A stretch of DNA of 64,000 nucleotides. Origin: Octopus bimaculoides (taxonomy: Eukaryota). The DNA lies in contig NC_068984.1 in assembly GCF_001194135.2 (NCBI RefSeq), positions 29,293,329 to 29,357,328 on the forward strand, written 5' to 3'. This document shows positions 63,480 through 64,000 of this stretch, piece by piece. How positions within the stretch are numbered: position 1 is the first letter of the stretch; every line of letters begins with the position of its first letter. Under the pieces are notes generated by a model that had not been told where the DNA came from, ran no database searches, and was given only the letters and a program-made list of their open reading frames with translations. The position numbers and the translations under genes were made by a program.

Positions 63480-63729
63480 CAGTGGTTCTCAGCCGGGGTC
63501 AAGATGACCTTTTGGGGGATCCATATAAGATTTATTTGTTAAAATTTATGTACAATAACTAGTTATACTTCTACAAGAAAATATTCAGTTTTTTTGCACA
63601 ATTCCTGATAATATTTAATTATAAGAATATATTTAGAATTCTTTTAAACATTGGAAAGGTATGAGGATCCACCCGAGTAAAATAGGGATCAAAAAGGTCT
63701 ATAGACAAAAGAATGTTTGAGAACCACTG
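63480..63729. mobile_element. hAT (Charlie/MER5-type) MITE, 250 bp
   Basis: TIRs CAGTGGTTCTCA / TGAGAACCACTG; 8-bp TSD GTTTAATG / GTTTAATA. Confidence 0.85.
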
Positions 63730-63750
63730 GTTTAATATATTATCAACTAA

Positions 63751-63787
<37 letters not shown>

Positions 63788-64000
63788 GGTTTCTCGTCCT
63801 TCGAGAAATAAGAGTTAAATTTCCCTCAAGTCACTCTCTACCGTCTTAGAAAATATTTCTAATGCCGGATTGGAAAATCTAATATGAGACGCATGTGGCC
63901 AATCCAAAAGAGATTAGTCATACTTGGAGCTGATATGTTGCTGCTATTACTATTAATCCTCCTCCTCCACTTCCTCCTCCTCCTCCTCCTCCTCCTCCTC

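Overview
Eukaryotic, AT-rich, microsatellite-saturated draft-assembly window with about 10% N gaps. The repeat landscape most resembles a coleoid cephalopod such as Octopus; this is an inference from repeat style, not a database result. No intact host gene can be supported, and almost all ORFs in the track are microsatellite or N-gap artefacts. The window is intronic or intergenic DNA built from: at least four tRNA-derived SINE families; several MITEs and foldback hairpins; a 2.27-kb decayed hAT (SPIN/Charlie, GTF2IRD2-like) transposon with an exact 8-bp TSD; two Tc1/mariner transposase relics; two Ty3/Gypsy relics; and RTE and restriction-like-endonuclease (R2-superfamily) LINE relics, the latter sitting in (TAA)n or (CATA)n arrays. 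The most unusual signal is at 262-1117: a head-to-head inverted pair of an element that joins a Pol III tRNA-like head to a Penelope-type tail carrying a minimal hammerhead ribozyme, with further decayed hammerhead-like motifs at 8.8 and 43.9 kb. A 273-bp foldback at 15.6 kb has 8 of 8 arm-to-arm transitions giving G.U pairs on one strand. Three weak orphan-exon candidates are noted.
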